From an uncultured Gemmatimonadales bacterium (GTDB taxonomy: Bacteria > Gemmatimonadota > Gemmatimonadetes > Gemmatimonadales > GWC2-71-9): a DNA stretch of 64,000 nt. Position 1 is the stretch's first letter. The number at the start of each line of letters is the position of its first letter. The position numbers were made by a program, and so were the translations under genes. The stretch covers positions 96,001 through 160,000 of the forward strand of contig CAVSQW010000009.1 in NCBI GenBank assembly GCA_963730185.1, written 5' to 3'. Shown piece after piece: positions 1-10,178 of the stretch. A model generated the notes under the pieces. The model worked only from the letters and a program-made list of their open reading frames with translations, was not told where the DNA came from and did no database searches.

Positions 1-959
1 GTGCGAACCGCCTTGAGCCGTTCCAATTTCAGGTCGAACGTCGGATCCGGGCGCGGCCGCGGGCGGCGCTCGAACCGAGGCAGCTCGTCCTCCGAGAGGT
101 CGAGTCCGCGCTGGATCGCCGCCAGGAGCTCCGGTCCCCGGCGAGCCATCAGGTCACGACCGAGGCCCCGGACCTGCCCTAGCCGTTCGAGCGACTTCGG
201 GGGATCCGACGCCATCGCCAGGATGGCCTCGTTGCCCAGAATCCGGAAGGTGGCCCGGTCCAGCCGGGTGGCTTCCCGCTCCCGCCAGACGAAGAGCTCG
301 CGCAACACGGCGAGGCCGCGCCGGCTCAACGTCCGGGCTCCCTTGAAACGGAGGAACGTTTCCTCCGGCGGCTGAGCCGGCGCCCACTCCACCTGGGTCA
401 GGAGCTGACTTTCCTCCTCGACCCAGGCCAGACGCCCGAGGCGGATTAGATCGGCTCGGAGCTCATCGCGAAGTGCGATCAGGTAACGCGTGTCGGTAGC
501 GGCATAGGCGATCATCGCCGGCGAGAGTGGACGGCTCGACCAGTCGGCCCGCTGGAACCGCTTGTCGGTCGCCACCCCGAATCGATCGGCCAGCAAGGCG
601 GCGAGGCCGACCGCCGGCTCGCCGGCGAACTGGGCCGCGACCCGGGTGTCGAACAGTCGGGTCACCCGATAGCCGTACTCGTGATAGATGAGCCGCAGAT
701 CGTAGTCGGCGTCATGGAACACGAATTCGATGGCCGGATCGGCGAACAGTTGATCGAGCCCGGGCAGGCCCCCGACGGCGAGCGGATCGACGACCGCCGT
801 GTGGGAGGCGCCGGTGACTTGGAGGAGGTAGACCCGGTCCCGGTAGCGGTGGAAGCTCGCAGCCTCGGTGTCGAGCCCGACGATGGGTTCCCCACGGATC
901 CGATCGAGCAAACCGGCGAAGGCAGCTGGCGTCTCGACAAGTTCGACCGGCTCCGTCAC
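1..959 (-). CDS. rnd: Ribonuclease D (3'-5' exonuclease + HRDC), runs off window start
   Basis: Manual minus-strand translation from GTG at 959: IVGLDTEAASFHRYRDRVYLLQV...VFHDADYDLR...LFDTRVAAQ...QRADWSSRPLS...YAATDT, then HRDC-like WREREATRLDRATFRILGNE; no stop before position 1 (absent from ORF track). Confidence 0.9.
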   Translation of the reverse strand, partial: MTEPVELVETPAAFAGLLDRIRGEPIVGLDTEAASFHRYRDRVYLLQVTGASHTAVVDPLAVGGLPGLDQLFADPAIEFVFHDADYDLRLIYHEYGYRVTRLFDTRVAAQFAGEPAVGLAALLADRFGVATDKRFQRADWSSRPLSPAMIAYAATDTRYLIALRDELRADLIRLGRLAWVEEESQLLTQVEWAPAQPPEETFLRFKGARTLSRRGLAVLRELFVWREREATRLDRATFRILGNEAILAMASDPPKSLERLGQVRGLGRDLMARRGPELLAAIQRGLDLSEDELPRFERRPRPRPDPTFDLKLERLKAVR

Positions 960-1139
960 GCGATGCCGGCCTCAGGCACGAAATTTCCACTCGGCTGGAG
1001 CCGGGCTGGATGGAGGGGAAGGTACGGCATGCGCAACTCCGGAGCGGTTCGAGGGCATCGGCTCGACAAAGGTAGCGACACGCGCGCCCGTCGGCGTAGC
1101 TTACCCGTACCCGACACCCCGGCGGGCGGATTCTGACTC

Positions 1140-2336
1140 ATGCGTGAAGTCGAGGTAGAGCTCACGGTCGTCCCCGACGATTGCGATACCGGGGGCTCGG
1201 TCGGTCACGCCCCGTTCCTCCGCCTGTTCGAGCGAGCCCGGTGGGAGGTGCTGGCCCACGGGCCCGGGATCGACGTCTTCGCCCGACATGGGACCTGGCC
1301 GGCCGTCCGCCGAAGCGTTCTCGACTTCCACGCCGCCGTCCGGGCGGGCGACGTGCTTCGCTTTCAACAGGCCCTGACCCACCACGGTCGGACCAGCTTC
1401 ACCCTCCGCCAGACGGCGCGTCGGGATCGTGACGAGACTCTGGTCGCGACCGGCGAGTTCCTCTTCGTGTGCGTCGACGGCCAGGGGCATCCCCAGCCGG
1501 TGCCCGAAGAGGTCGGCCGGTTCTTCAGCGCCCGTCCCACCGGGGAGCCGATCGATCGGATCACGGTGAACGGGGTGAGTCTCGCCATCGAGACCCGGGG
1601 CTCCGGGCCCGCTGTGCTCTTCGTACACGGCTTCCCCCTCGATCGAACCATCTGGCGACACCAGCTCGACACCTTGACGGGTTACCGGCGGATTTCGCTC
1701 GACCTCCGCGGCATGGGCCGGTCGGACGCACCGGACCTGGGCTATTCGATGGCGACCTACGCTGACGACCTGGTCGCACTGCTCGATGCCCTTGGCGAGC
1801 AACAGGTGGTGCTCTGCGGTCTGTCGATGGGCGGCTATATCGCGTTCGAGTTCCTGCGTCGATATCGGGAGCGGGTCAGGGGGCTGGTGCTGATGGACAC
1901 CCGGGCCGAGGCCGACAGCGCGGAAGGTCGAAAGGCCCGCGACACGCTGATCGGTCGGGTGCGCGAACAAGGTGCGATCGCCGCGGCCGAGGCGATGCTG
2001 CCCCGATTCTTCACGCCCACGGTGCCGCCAGAGATCATCCAGTCGATTCGCGAAATGATTCTTCGCACCCCGGTCTCTGGAATCGTGGGCGCCCTGAGCG
2101 CAATGCGGGAGCGGCCGGACAGCACACCGATGCTGGCCACCCTGGTCGGGGTGCCCACCCTGGTGGTGGTGGGCCAAGAAGACATGATCACGCCGCCGGT
2201 CATCGCGGAGACGATGGCCAGCGCCTTGCCGGAAGGACGCCTGGTGGAGATCCCCGGGGCAGGCCACCTGCCCTGCGTGGAGCAGCCTGTTCCGACCACT
2301 CGCGCGGTGCTCAAGTTCCTGCAGAGCCTGCGATGA
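1140..2336 (+). CDS. Hotdog acyl-CoA thioesterase fused to alpha/beta hydrolase
   Basis: N-term 4HBT/YbgC-like (DCDTGGSV..FLRLFERARW, GRTSFT); C-term HGFP, GLSMGG nucleophile, GQED, GAGH. Confidence 0.85.
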   Translation: MREVEVELTVVPDDCDTGGSVGHAPFLRLFERARWEVLAHGPGIDVFARHGTWPAVRRSVLDFHAAVRAGDVLRFQQALTHHGRTSFTLRQTARRDRDETLVATGEFLFVCVDGQGHPQPVPEEVGRFFSARPTGEPIDRITVNGVSLAIETRGSGPAVLFVHGFPLDRTIWRHQLDTLTGYRRISLDLRGMGRSDAPDLGYSMATYADDLVALLDALGEQQVVLCGLSMGGYIAFEFLRRYRERVRGLVLMDTRAEADSAEGRKARDTLIGRVREQGAIAAAEAMLPRFFTPTVPPEIIQSIREMILRTPVSGIVGALSAMRERPDSTPMLATLVGVPTLVVVGQEDMITPPVIAETMASALPEGRLVEIPGAGHLPCVEQPVPTTRAVLKFLQSLR

Positions 2337-2484
2337 AACCTTTCCTCGGAGCCGGGCGTCTATAGAAATGGCGGCCCGATCCGATGCCCATTGGATCACC
2401 GCCGAGCCTCATGCAGGCCCTCCATTCCCAGAGCCCCAGAGCCGGCCCTTCCGGTTCTGGGGCTGGGTGTTTCCGGGCACGCGA

Positions 2485-2510
2485 ACGGCCACGGAGGACT
2501 CCGTGGCCGT
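2485..2510 (-). terminator. GC-rich hairpin between convergent genes, probable terminator of fdx
   Basis: Perfect inverted repeat acggccacggag/ctccgtggccgt; weak U tail; second hairpin ccccagagccgg/ccggttctgggg just upstream. Confidence 0.55.
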
Positions 2511-2535
2511 GACAACGACTCCGGATGGGTGCCGC

Positions 2536-2799
2536 TCAGCGCTGAGGCGGACCCGGCGGATTGTCTCCCGTGAACGCGTCCCGATTCTTCGCGATGAAGG
2601 CCGTCATGTTCTCCGGCACTTCTTCTTCCGGGAAGATGGCGGTGACCGGGCACTCCGGCTCGCAGGCACCGCAGTCGATGCACTCGTCGGGGTGGATGTA
2701 CAGCATGTCCTCCCCCTCGTAGATGCAGTCGACCGGGCAGACGTCCACGCACGCCCGATCCTTCACGCCGATGCAGGCCTCAACGATGACATACGTCAT
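2536..2799 (-). CDS. fdxA: 7Fe ferredoxin ([3Fe-4S]+[4Fe-4S])
   Basis: [27 protein letters not shown]...[15 protein letters not shown] at 2799 with GGAG RBS. Confidence 0.92.
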   Translation of the reverse strand: MTYVIVEACIGVKDRACVDVCPVDCIYEGEDMLYIHPDECIDCGACEPECPVTAIFPEEEVPENMTAFIAKNRDAFTGDNPPGPPQR

Positions 2800-2884
2800 T
2801 GCGATTGGCTCCAGGAATACCGGTTCGCCGACGCGCTCACAGTAGGCGGCTGGTTCCGGTCGCGCAAGGGGCGCGCCAGCCGGT

Positions 2885-3565
2885 CTAGCTCCCCACGTGC
2901 CGGCGCAGGAACTCGAGGCTCCGCCCCCAGGCCAGGGCGGCGCTGGCCTGGTCGTACGCCTCGGGACGGGTGTCGTTGAAGAAGGCATGACCGGCAGGAT
3001 AGTAGTGGGCGTCGAAGCTCCCACCCGCGGCCTTCACGGCCGCCGCGAGGTTGTGCACGCCGTCGGCCGGAATCGATCCATCGCGCTCACCGAAGTGCCC
3101 GAGCACCGGCACCTTCACCCGCGCCGGGTCGATGGCCACCTTGGGGTGGATCCCGTAGAAGTCGACCGTCGCCGCGATCCGGTCCGGATACGCCATCCCG
3201 GCGTACAGGGCCAGCTGGCCCCCCATGCAGAAGCCGATCACCCCGACCCTGGGAGACGTCACCGCATCGTGCCCGATGAGAAAGTCGGCCGCGCCCCGGA
3301 GGTCCAAGCCGGCGCGATCGATGTTGAGGGCCATGAAGAGCTTGGCGGCGTCGTCGGGACTCTTGGTGGTCTTGCCGTCATAGAAGTCCGGCGCCAGTGC
3401 CACGAACCCTTCGGCCGCGAAACGATCGGCCAGGTCTTTGATGTGATCCACCAGGCCCCACCACTCCTGGATCACCAGGAGTCCCGGCCCGCGGCCGGAT
3501 GCCGGTAGCGCCAGGTAGCCCGCGGTGGTATGGCCGTTGGCCGGAAACCGAATCATCTCTCCCAT
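2885..3565 (-). CDS. Dienelactone hydrolase family protein
   Basis: QEWWG, GFCMGG, GHAF motifs. Confidence 0.92.
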   Translation of the reverse strand: MGEMIRFPANGHTTAGYLALPASGRGPGLLVIQEWWGLVDHIKDLADRFAAEGFVALAPDFYDGKTTKSPDDAAKLFMALNIDRAGLDLRGAADFLIGHDAVTSPRVGVIGFCMGGQLALYAGMAYPDRIAATVDFYGIHPKVAIDPARVKVPVLGHFGERDGSIPADGVHNLAAAVKAAGGSFDAHYYPAGHAFFNDTRPEAYDQASAALAWGRSLEFLRRHVGS

Positions 3566-3580
3566 CGCGTCCTTGCTCCT

Positions 3581-4147
3581 TTATCCGCCCACCTCGGAGA
3601 TCATGTGGGCGGTGCGTGGCTCCGGGTCGCCGTAACGGTCCCGGGGGGTGTACCAGCGATTCCATTCCTCCCGGAGACAGAAGGGATCGGCGCCATGGGC
3701 CCGGTCGACGGCGAGGACGCCGTCGAGATGATCAATCTCGTGCTGGAGCAGCTCGGCGCGGTCGCCGGCGAGATCCACTTCGTGAGAGACCCCCTTCACG
3801 TCCTGATAGCGAACCCGCACCCGATAGGCGCGTTGAACTCGGACCAGGAGATTGGGAAACGAAAAACAGTCGTCCCAGACCGAAAAGTCCTCGGTTCCGA
3901 TGTCGACGATTTCGGGATTGATCAAGGGCCAGGGCCGCTCCATCTCCACGTAGACGACCCGGACGGGCGCCCCGATCTGGGGCGCCGCGATCGCTCGTCC
4001 GCTGCCGAACCGGGACTGCCAGTCTCGCAGGGTTTCGCGGAGATCGTCGACCACCACGCGGACGGCGGCGGACGAAGGTTTGGCGATCGGCTCGCACCTG
4101 GTTCGGAGCACGGGGTCGCCCAGCAGTCTGATCCGGTGGATGGTCAT
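3581..4147 (-). CDS. def: Peptide deformylase (variant motifs)
   Basis: AAPQIG, DDCFS (cf. EGCLS), QHEIDHLDG. Confidence 0.88.
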   Translation of the reverse strand: MTIHRIRLLGDPVLRTRCEPIAKPSSAAVRVVVDDLRETLRDWQSRFGSGRAIAAPQIGAPVRVVYVEMERPWPLINPEIVDIGTEDFSVWDDCFSFPNLLVRVQRAYRVRVRYQDVKGVSHEVDLAGDRAELLQHEIDHLDGVLAVDRAHGADPFCLREEWNRWYTPRDRYGDPEPRTAHMISEVGG

Positions 4148-4359
4148 GGCAGGGCTAATCTCGGGTCGAATCGACCGCGGCTCAAGGGGTCCAGGCTGGA
4201 CTCGGGATCCAGATCATAAGTAGTATGTAAAGCGACTACTAAGGCGGATCCGCGACTCACCCACCCGGTCTCCGGCACCGACCCGTTGACTCCCCGCACG
4301 ACCGTAACCGACGGTATATTAGGACTTTGTAGGGCACTACTTTGAAAGGGGCTCCGCGT

Positions 4360-4388
4360 TTGACAATCCCGACTTTTTCACTTAGGAT
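4360..4388 (+). promoter_or_regulatory. sigma70-type promoter of suf operon
   Basis: TTGACA (4360-4365), 17 nt, TAGGAT (4383-4388), about 50 nt upstream of sufB ATG. Confidence 0.75.
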
Positions 4389-4389
4389 T
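4365..4389. promoter_or_regulatory. IscR/Rrf2-type operator overlapping suf promoter
   Basis: 25-bp imperfect palindrome AATCCCGACTTTTTCACTTAGGATT resembling IscR type-1 sites. Confidence 0.55.
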
Positions 4390-4439
4390 CTGTCGCTGGA
4401 AGACTCGAAACGAGCCGCAGGGCGAGGAGGCGTGAGGTC

Positions 4440-5873
4440 ATGACCGATCCAGTCGAAACCCTGGTCAATCGCGAGTACAAGTGGGGTTTCGTCACCGACA
4501 TCGAGGCGGACTCCGTCCCGGCGGGACTGAACGAGGATGTCGTCCGGCTGATCTCCGCGAAGAAACGGGAGCCGGCGTTTCTGCTCGAGTGGCGGCTCAA
4601 GGCCTACCGAGGCTGGCTCAAGATGACCGAGCCGCACTGGCCCAACGTCCACTTCGATCCGATCGACTATGGGAACATGGTCTACTACGCGGCGCCCAAG
4701 ACGGTCAAGCCGCTGGGTAGCCTCGACGATATCGATCCGAAGCTCCGTGAGGCCTACGACAAGCTGGGTATTCCGCTGACCGAGCAGAAAATTCTCTCCG
4801 GGGTCGCGGTGGACGCCATCTTCGATTCGGTTTCGGTGGGGACCTCGTACAAAAAGCAGCTCGGCGAGATGGGCATCATCTTCTGCTCCTTCTCGGAGGC
4901 CGTGCATGAGCATCCGGAGCTGGTCCGGAAGTACCTGGGGTCGGTCGTGCCGGCGTCGGACAACTTTTTCGCGGCCCTCAACTCGGCCGTGTTCAGTGAT
5001 GGCTCCTTCGTGTACGTGCCGAAGGGCGTCAAGTGTCCGATGGACCTCTCCACCTATTTCCGGATCAATGCCCAGAACACGGGTCAGTTCGAGCGGACCC
5101 TGATCGTGGCGGACGAAGGCGCCTCGGTGAGCTATCTCGAGGGCTGCACGGCGCCCAAGCGGGACGAGAACCAGCTGCACGCTGCCGTGGTGGAGCTGGT
5201 GGCGCTCGACGGCGCGAGCATCAAGTACTCGACCGTGCAGAACTGGTACGCCGGCGACGACGAGGGCAAGGGCGGGATCTACAACTTCGTGACCAAGCGG
5301 GGGAAGTGTGGCCGCGGCTCGAAGATCTCCTGGACGCAGGTCGAGACCGGGTCGGCGATCACCTGGAAGTACCCGAGCGTGATCCTCCAGGGCGACGATT
5401 CGGTCGGCGAGTTCTACTCCGTCGCGGTGGCCAACGGTCGGCAGCAGGCCGATACCGGCACCAAGATGATCCACATGGGGCAGCGAACCCGGAGCACCAT
5501 CGTCTCCAAGGGTATCTCCGCGGGTCAGGGGCAGAACAGCTACCGAGGGCTGGTCCGGATGCAGGCGAAGGCGCACGGGGCCCGGAACTACACCCAGTGT
5601 GACTCGATGCTGATCGGGAATCGCTGTGGCGCGCACACCTTCCCGTACATCGAGGTGGCGAACCCCACCGCGTCGGTGGAGCACGAAGCCTCCACCTCGA
5701 AGATCGGCGAAGATCAGCTCTTCTATCTCAAACAGCGCGGACTGAATACCGAGAACGCGATCTCGATGATCGTGAACGGCTTCTGCAAGGAAGTCTTCAA
5801 GGAACTGCCGATGGAGTTCGCGGTCGAGGCCCAGAAGCTCCTGGGTATCAGCCTCGAAGGTAGCGTCGGCTGA
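4440..5873 (+). CDS. sufB: Fe-S cluster assembly protein SufB
   Basis: [52 protein letters not shown]. Confidence 0.97.
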   Translation: MTDPVETLVNREYKWGFVTDIEADSVPAGLNEDVVRLISAKKREPAFLLEWRLKAYRGWLKMTEPHWPNVHFDPIDYGNMVYYAAPKTVKPLGSLDDIDPKLREAYDKLGIPLTEQKILSGVAVDAIFDSVSVGTSYKKQLGEMGIIFCSFSEAVHEHPELVRKYLGSVVPASDNFFAALNSAVFSDGSFVYVPKGVKCPMDLSTYFRINAQNTGQFERTLIVADEGASVSYLEGCTAPKRDENQLHAAVVELVALDGASIKYSTVQNWYAGDDEGKGGIYNFVTKRGKCGRGSKISWTQVETGSAITWKYPSVILQGDDSVGEFYSVAVANGRQQADTGTKMIHMGQRTRSTIVSKGISAGQGQNSYRGLVRMQAKAHGARNYTQCDSMLIGNRCGAHTFPYIEVANPTASVEHEASTSKIGEDQLFYLKQRGLNTENAISMIVNGFCKEVFKELPMEFAVEAQKLLGISLEGSVG

Positions 5874-5922
5874 GGTCACGACGCCGCGGACCGGTCATCA
5901 CTCTCGAACCCCGAACGGACGC

Positions 5923-6681
5923 ATGCTGACGATCAAGGGCCTCCGGGCCTCCGTGGACGAGAAGGAAATCCTCAAGGGCATCGATCTCACGATCAAGGCG
6001 GGCGAGGTACACGCCCTCATGGGTCCCAACGGCTCCGGAAAGAGCACCCTGGCCCAGGTGATTGCGGGGCATCCAGCTTACCAGGTGACCGCGGGCTCGG
6101 TCGAGTTCGAGGGCCGCGACCTCCTCGACCTGGAGCCTGAAGAGCGAGCGCAGGCTGGCATCTTCCTCGCCTTCCAGTACCCGGTCGAGATCCCGGGCGT
6201 CACCAACGCCTACTTCCTCCGGTCGGCCTACAACGAAATCCGGAAGGCGCGGGGCCAAGAAGAGATGGACCCGATGGATTTTCTCGACCTTCTCGAAGAG
6301 AAGCTCAAGCTGGTCGAGTGGGGGCCCGAGCTCATGAAGCGGGCGGTCAACTCGGGGTTCTCGGGCGGCGAGAAGAAGCGGAACGAGATCCTCCAGGCGG
6401 CCGTGCTCGAGCCGAAGTTGGCGGTGCTCGACGAAACCGATTCCGGTCTGGACATCGATGCGCTCCGGATCGTCGCCAAGGGCGTCAATTCGCTGCGGGG
6501 GCCGGAGCGGGCTTTTCTGCTGGTGACCCACTATCAGCGGCTCCTCAACTACATCGTGCCCGACGTGGTGCATGTGCTGGCCGACGGACAGATCGTTCGG
6601 TCGGGTGGCAAGGAGCTGGCCCACGAGCTGGAGGCCAAGGGCTACGAGTGGCTCACCGGCGTGTCGGAGGCGGTTTCGTGA
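5923..6681 (+). CDS. sufC: Fe-S assembly ATPase SufC
   Basis: GPNGSGKS, AFQYPVEIPGV, FSGGEKKRNE, LDETDSGLDID. Confidence 0.97.
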   Translation: MLTIKGLRASVDEKEILKGIDLTIKAGEVHALMGPNGSGKSTLAQVIAGHPAYQVTAGSVEFEGRDLLDLEPEERAQAGIFLAFQYPVEIPGVTNAYFLRSAYNEIRKARGQEEMDPMDFLDLLEEKLKLVEWGPELMKRAVNSGFSGGEKKRNEILQAAVLEPKLAVLDETDSGLDIDALRIVAKGVNSLRGPERAFLLVTHYQRLLNYIVPDVVHVLADGQIVRSGGKELAHELEAKGYEWLTGVSEAVS

Positions 6682-7985
6682 GCGAGGCGCTGGTACGGCA
6701 GTTCGAGGCCTTTGCCGCCAACGGTGGTGGGGAGGGGCCGACGTGGCTCCCGCCTCGGCGGCGGGAAGCGATGGACCGCTTCCAGGCCGGCGGGGGGTTC
6801 CCGGGTCCGAAGGACGAAGAGTGGCGCTTCACTTCAGTGGCGCCCATCGCCCGAACCGAGTTCAGGCTCGAGCCCGCGGCGCGGACCCGCGTCACGGTGG
6901 CCGACCTCGAGCCGTTTCTGTTCGGCCAAGGGGATTGGCCCCGGTTGGTGTTCGTCGACGGCCGGTTCGAGCCGGATCTGTCGGTGCGTCCGACCATCGA
7001 TGGGCTCCGGGTTCGGCCGCTGACCCAGGTGTTGGCGGAAGACCCGGCTCTGCTCGAGGGTGAGCTGTTTCGGCACGCCGGACCCGGATCGACTCCGTTC
7101 GCCGCGCTGAACGGCGCCTTCGCGCGGGAGGGCGCCGTGATCGAAGTCGCGGCCGGCTCCGCGATCCCCAACCCGGTCCACCTCCTGTTCGTTACCTCCA
7201 GCGCTGCTCAGGACGTCGGGCTCCACCCCCGCGTGGTGATCCTGGTGGGCGACCGAGCGCGGGCTCAGCTGGTCGAGAGCTATCTCACGCTGGCCCCGGG
7301 CACGCGGTACCTGACCAACGCCGTGACCGACGTGGTCGTGGGGGCCGGCGCCTGGGTGGAGCACGGACGAATCCAACGGGAGAGCGAAGCGGCCTACCAC
7401 GTGGCCAGCACCCAGATCGAGCAGGCGGCCGAGAGCCACTATCGGTCGTTCTCTTTGGCCATGGGCGGGGCGATCGCTCGGCACGACCTCGGAGCCCGAC
7501 TCAATGCCCCCGAGACCGAGTCGCTGCTCTACGGACTCTACATCGGTCACGGTACCCAGCTCCTCGACAACCATACCACGATTTATCACGACCATCCCGA
7601 CTGCCGGAGCTGGGAGATCTACAAGGGGGTGCTCGACGGCCGGGCGCGAGGGGTGTTCAACGGGAAGATCTTCGTCAAGCCGGAGGCCCAGAAGACCGAC
7701 GCGAAGCAGACCAATCGCGCCCTGCTTCTGTCGGACGAGGCCTCGGTCCATACCAAGCCGCAGCTCGAGATCTTCGCGGACGACGTCAAGTGCACCCACG
7801 GCGCCGCTGTAGGCCAGATCGACGAGCAGGCCTTCTTCTACCTGCAGAGCCGCGGCATTCCTCGCGCCGCCGCCCGACGCCTGCTGACCTATGCCTTCGC
7901 TGCCGAAGTGCTGGAAGAGATCGACTCCGAGCCGGTCCGCCTCGCGCTCGAGCAGGTCGTGCACGAGCGGCTGGCGGCCGTCTGA
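6678..7985 (+). CDS. sufD: Fe-S assembly protein SufD
   Basis: EEWRFT, KPQLEIFADDVKCTHGA, FYLQSRGI; GTGA overlap with sufC. Confidence 0.95.
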   Translation: MSEALVRQFEAFAANGGGEGPTWLPPRRREAMDRFQAGGGFPGPKDEEWRFTSVAPIARTEFRLEPAARTRVTVADLEPFLFGQGDWPRLVFVDGRFEPDLSVRPTIDGLRVRPLTQVLAEDPALLEGELFRHAGPGSTPFAALNGAFAREGAVIEVAAGSAIPNPVHLLFVTSSAAQDVGLHPRVVILVGDRARAQLVESYLTLAPGTRYLTNAVTDVVVGAGAWVEHGRIQRESEAAYHVASTQIEQAAESHYRSFSLAMGGAIARHDLGARLNAPETESLLYGLYIGHGTQLLDNHTTIYHDHPDCRSWEIYKGVLDGRARGVFNGKIFVKPEAQKTDAKQTNRALLLSDEASVHTKPQLEIFADDVKCTHGAAVGQIDEQAFFYLQSRGIPRAAARRLLTYAFAAEVLEEIDSEPVRLALEQVVHERLAAV

Positions 7986-7994
7986 GACGCACCG

Positions 7995-9257
7995 ATGACG
8001 ACGGCCCCCGCGACCCGACCCACCGACCAGCGGCCCGCCGGGTGGAATCCCGCCGCCCTCAGGGGTGCCTTTCCGATGCTGAGCCGCCGGGTGCGGGGCC
8101 GCCGGCTGGCCTACCTCGATAACGCCGCGACCGCGCTCAAACCGCGCGCGGTGATCGAGGCCATGACCCGCTACTACACGGAGTTCTCGGCCAACGTGGC
8201 GCGCGGTGTCCACACGACCAGTCAGGAAGCCACGGAGGAGTTCGAGGCGGCTCGAGCTCGGGTTGCCGCCTGGCTTGGCGCGGAGGTGGACGAGGTTGTC
8301 TTCACGGCGGGCACCACCGCAAGCCTGAACCTCGTGGCCCAGAGCTTCGGCGGCCCCCGGCTCGCGCCGGGTGACGAGATTCTGGTCACCGAGATGGAGC
8401 ACCACTCGAACTTGGTGCCCTGGCAGTTGGTCGCGGAGCGGACCGGAGCGCGGATTCGGGCGATCGCGGTCGACGGTCGCGGTGAGTTGGACCTGAGCCA
8501 GCTCGAGACGTTGCTCACCGAGCGAACCCGAATCGTGGCCTTGTGCCACGTGTCGAACGTGCTCGGCACGGTGGTACCGGTTCGGGCGGTGGCGGACCGG
8601 GCCCATGCGGTCGGAGCCGTGTGCGTGGTCGACGGAGCGCAGGGTGTTCCGCACCTCCCGGTTCGGGTCGCGGAGCTAGGCGCCGATTTCTATGCCTTTT
8701 CCGGCCATAAGATGTTCGGCCCTACCGGGGTGGGCGTCCTCTACGGTCGGCGGGCGTGGCTCGAATCGATGCCGCCCTGGCAGGGCGGTGGTGGGATGAT
8801 CGCGGCGGTGGAGATCGACCGGTCCACCTACGCGGCGCCCCCCGCTCGGTTCGAGGCCGGTACCCCGCCGATCGCCGAAGCCATTGGCCTGGCGGCGGCG
8901 ATCGACTACGTCGAGTCCTGGGACCGGACGGCCGCCCTCGGGTGGGAAGACGAGTTGGTGCGGCGAGCGACGGACCGCTTGATGGCGATTCCGGGGACGA
9001 CGGTGTTCGGGCGCAGCCCAACCAAGGTCGGAGTGATCTCGTTCACGATCGGGGGGATTCATCCGCACGACGTCGGCACCGCGTTGGACGCCGAAGGCGT
9101 GGCCGTGCGGGCTGGCCACCATTGTGCCCAGCCCCTGATGAAGCGTTTCGGGGTCGCGGCAACGGTGCGGGCGTCCTTCGCCCCGTACAACACCGACGAG
9201 GACGTGGACGCGCTGGTTGCCGGGGTCGAGCGCGCCCGCGAGCTGTTCGGCGCATGA
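7995..9257 (+). CDS. sufS: Cysteine desulfurase SufS
   Basis: YLDNAATA, EHHSN, FSGHK (PLP Lys), RAGHHCAQP. Confidence 0.96.
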   Translation: MTTAPATRPTDQRPAGWNPAALRGAFPMLSRRVRGRRLAYLDNAATALKPRAVIEAMTRYYTEFSANVARGVHTTSQEATEEFEAARARVAAWLGAEVDEVVFTAGTTASLNLVAQSFGGPRLAPGDEILVTEMEHHSNLVPWQLVAERTGARIRAIAVDGRGELDLSQLETLLTERTRIVALCHVSNVLGTVVPVRAVADRAHAVGAVCVVDGAQGVPHLPVRVAELGADFYAFSGHKMFGPTGVGVLYGRRAWLESMPPWQGGGGMIAAVEIDRSTYAAPPARFEAGTPPIAEAIGLAAAIDYVESWDRTAALGWEDELVRRATDRLMAIPGTTVFGRSPTKVGVISFTIGGIHPHDVGTALDAEGVAVRAGHHCAQPLMKRFGVAATVRASFAPYNTDEDVDALVAGVERARELFGA

Positions 9258-9739
9258 GCGATCTCGACGAGCTCTACCAGACTCTCATCCTGGAACACAA
9301 CCGATCGCCCCGGAATTTCCGGGAGATGGCGTCGGCCAGCGGTGAGGCCGAAGGTCGGAATCCGCTGTGCGGCGACGTGTTCACGGTAGGCCTCAAGGTC
9401 GAGGATGGGATGGTGACGGACGCGGCCTTCCTGGGGCAGGGCTGCGCGATCTCCAAGGCGTCCGCCTCGATGATGACCACGGCCATCAAAGGCAAGAGCG
9501 TCCGCGAGGCGCGCAATCTGTTCAGCCGGTTTCACGAAGTGGTGACGGGGAAGATGCCGGCGGACGAGTCGGAGCGATCCGCGGTGCGAAAGACCCTGGG
9601 ATGCCTGAGCGCTTTCAGCGGCGTGTCCGCCTTCCCGATCCGGGTCAAGTGCGCGACGCTGGCCTGGCACGCGATGATCGCCGCGCTCGACCGCGCGGCT
9701 ACCGACGGAACCGGAACCACGAGTCACGAGGAGGAGTGA
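9254..9739 (+). CDS. sufU: SUF system NifU-family protein SufU
   Basis: NPLCGD, GCAISKAS, RVKCA; ATGA overlap with sufS. Confidence 0.94.
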   Translation: MSDLDELYQTLILEHNRSPRNFREMASASGEAEGRNPLCGDVFTVGLKVEDGMVTDAAFLGQGCAISKASASMMTTAIKGKSVREARNLFSRFHEVVTGKMPADESERSAVRKTLGCLSAFSGVSAFPIRVKCATLAWHAMIAALDRAATDGTGTTSHEEE

Positions 9740-9746
9740 GAGAACG

Positions 9747-10172
9747 ATGCCATACGATGAGCGATTGGTCGCCCCGATGCGGGCCGAGTTGACGCGGTTC
9801 GGCGTGAAGGAGCTGCGGACGGTAGCCGAGGTCGACGCGGTCCTCGGCGACCCGGAGGGGCTGCAGCTGGTGTTCGTCAACTCGGTGTGCGGTTGCGCCG
9901 CGGGATCGGCGCGACCGGGTCTGGCGCTGGCGCTCCAGCACGCGACCCGGCCGGCGGAGGTGTTCTCGGTCTTTGCCGGGCAGGACCTCGAGGCGACGGC
10001 GCGAGCGCGGAGCTACTTCGCGGACTACCAGCCCAGCTCCCCGTCGCTGGCGCTGCTCCAGGACGGCGAGGTGGTGTTCTTCATGCACCGTCACCAGATC
10101 GAAGGGCGAGGACCGGAGCAGATCGCCGGCGAACTCAAGGGCGCCTTCGATCAGTTCTGTGCCGCGGTCTGA
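9747..10172 (+). CDS. BrxA/BrxB family bacilliredoxin
   Basis: MPYDERLVAPMRAEL, VNSVCGCAAGSARPG, VFAGQD, PSSPS. Confidence 0.9.
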   Translation: MPYDERLVAPMRAELTRFGVKELRTVAEVDAVLGDPEGLQLVFVNSVCGCAAGSARPGLALALQHATRPAEVFSVFAGQDLEATARARSYFADYQPSSPSLALLQDGEVVFFMHRHQIEGRGPEQIAGELKGAFDQFCAAV

Positions 10173-10178
10173 TCCGCG

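Noticed and set aside
870..900. Suspected frameshift in rnd
   Set aside because: Recount shows four C (ttccccac), keeping RGEPIVGLD in frame
4286..4320. Second suf promoter TTGACT...TATATT
   Set aside because: Spacer is 23 nt, too long for sigma70
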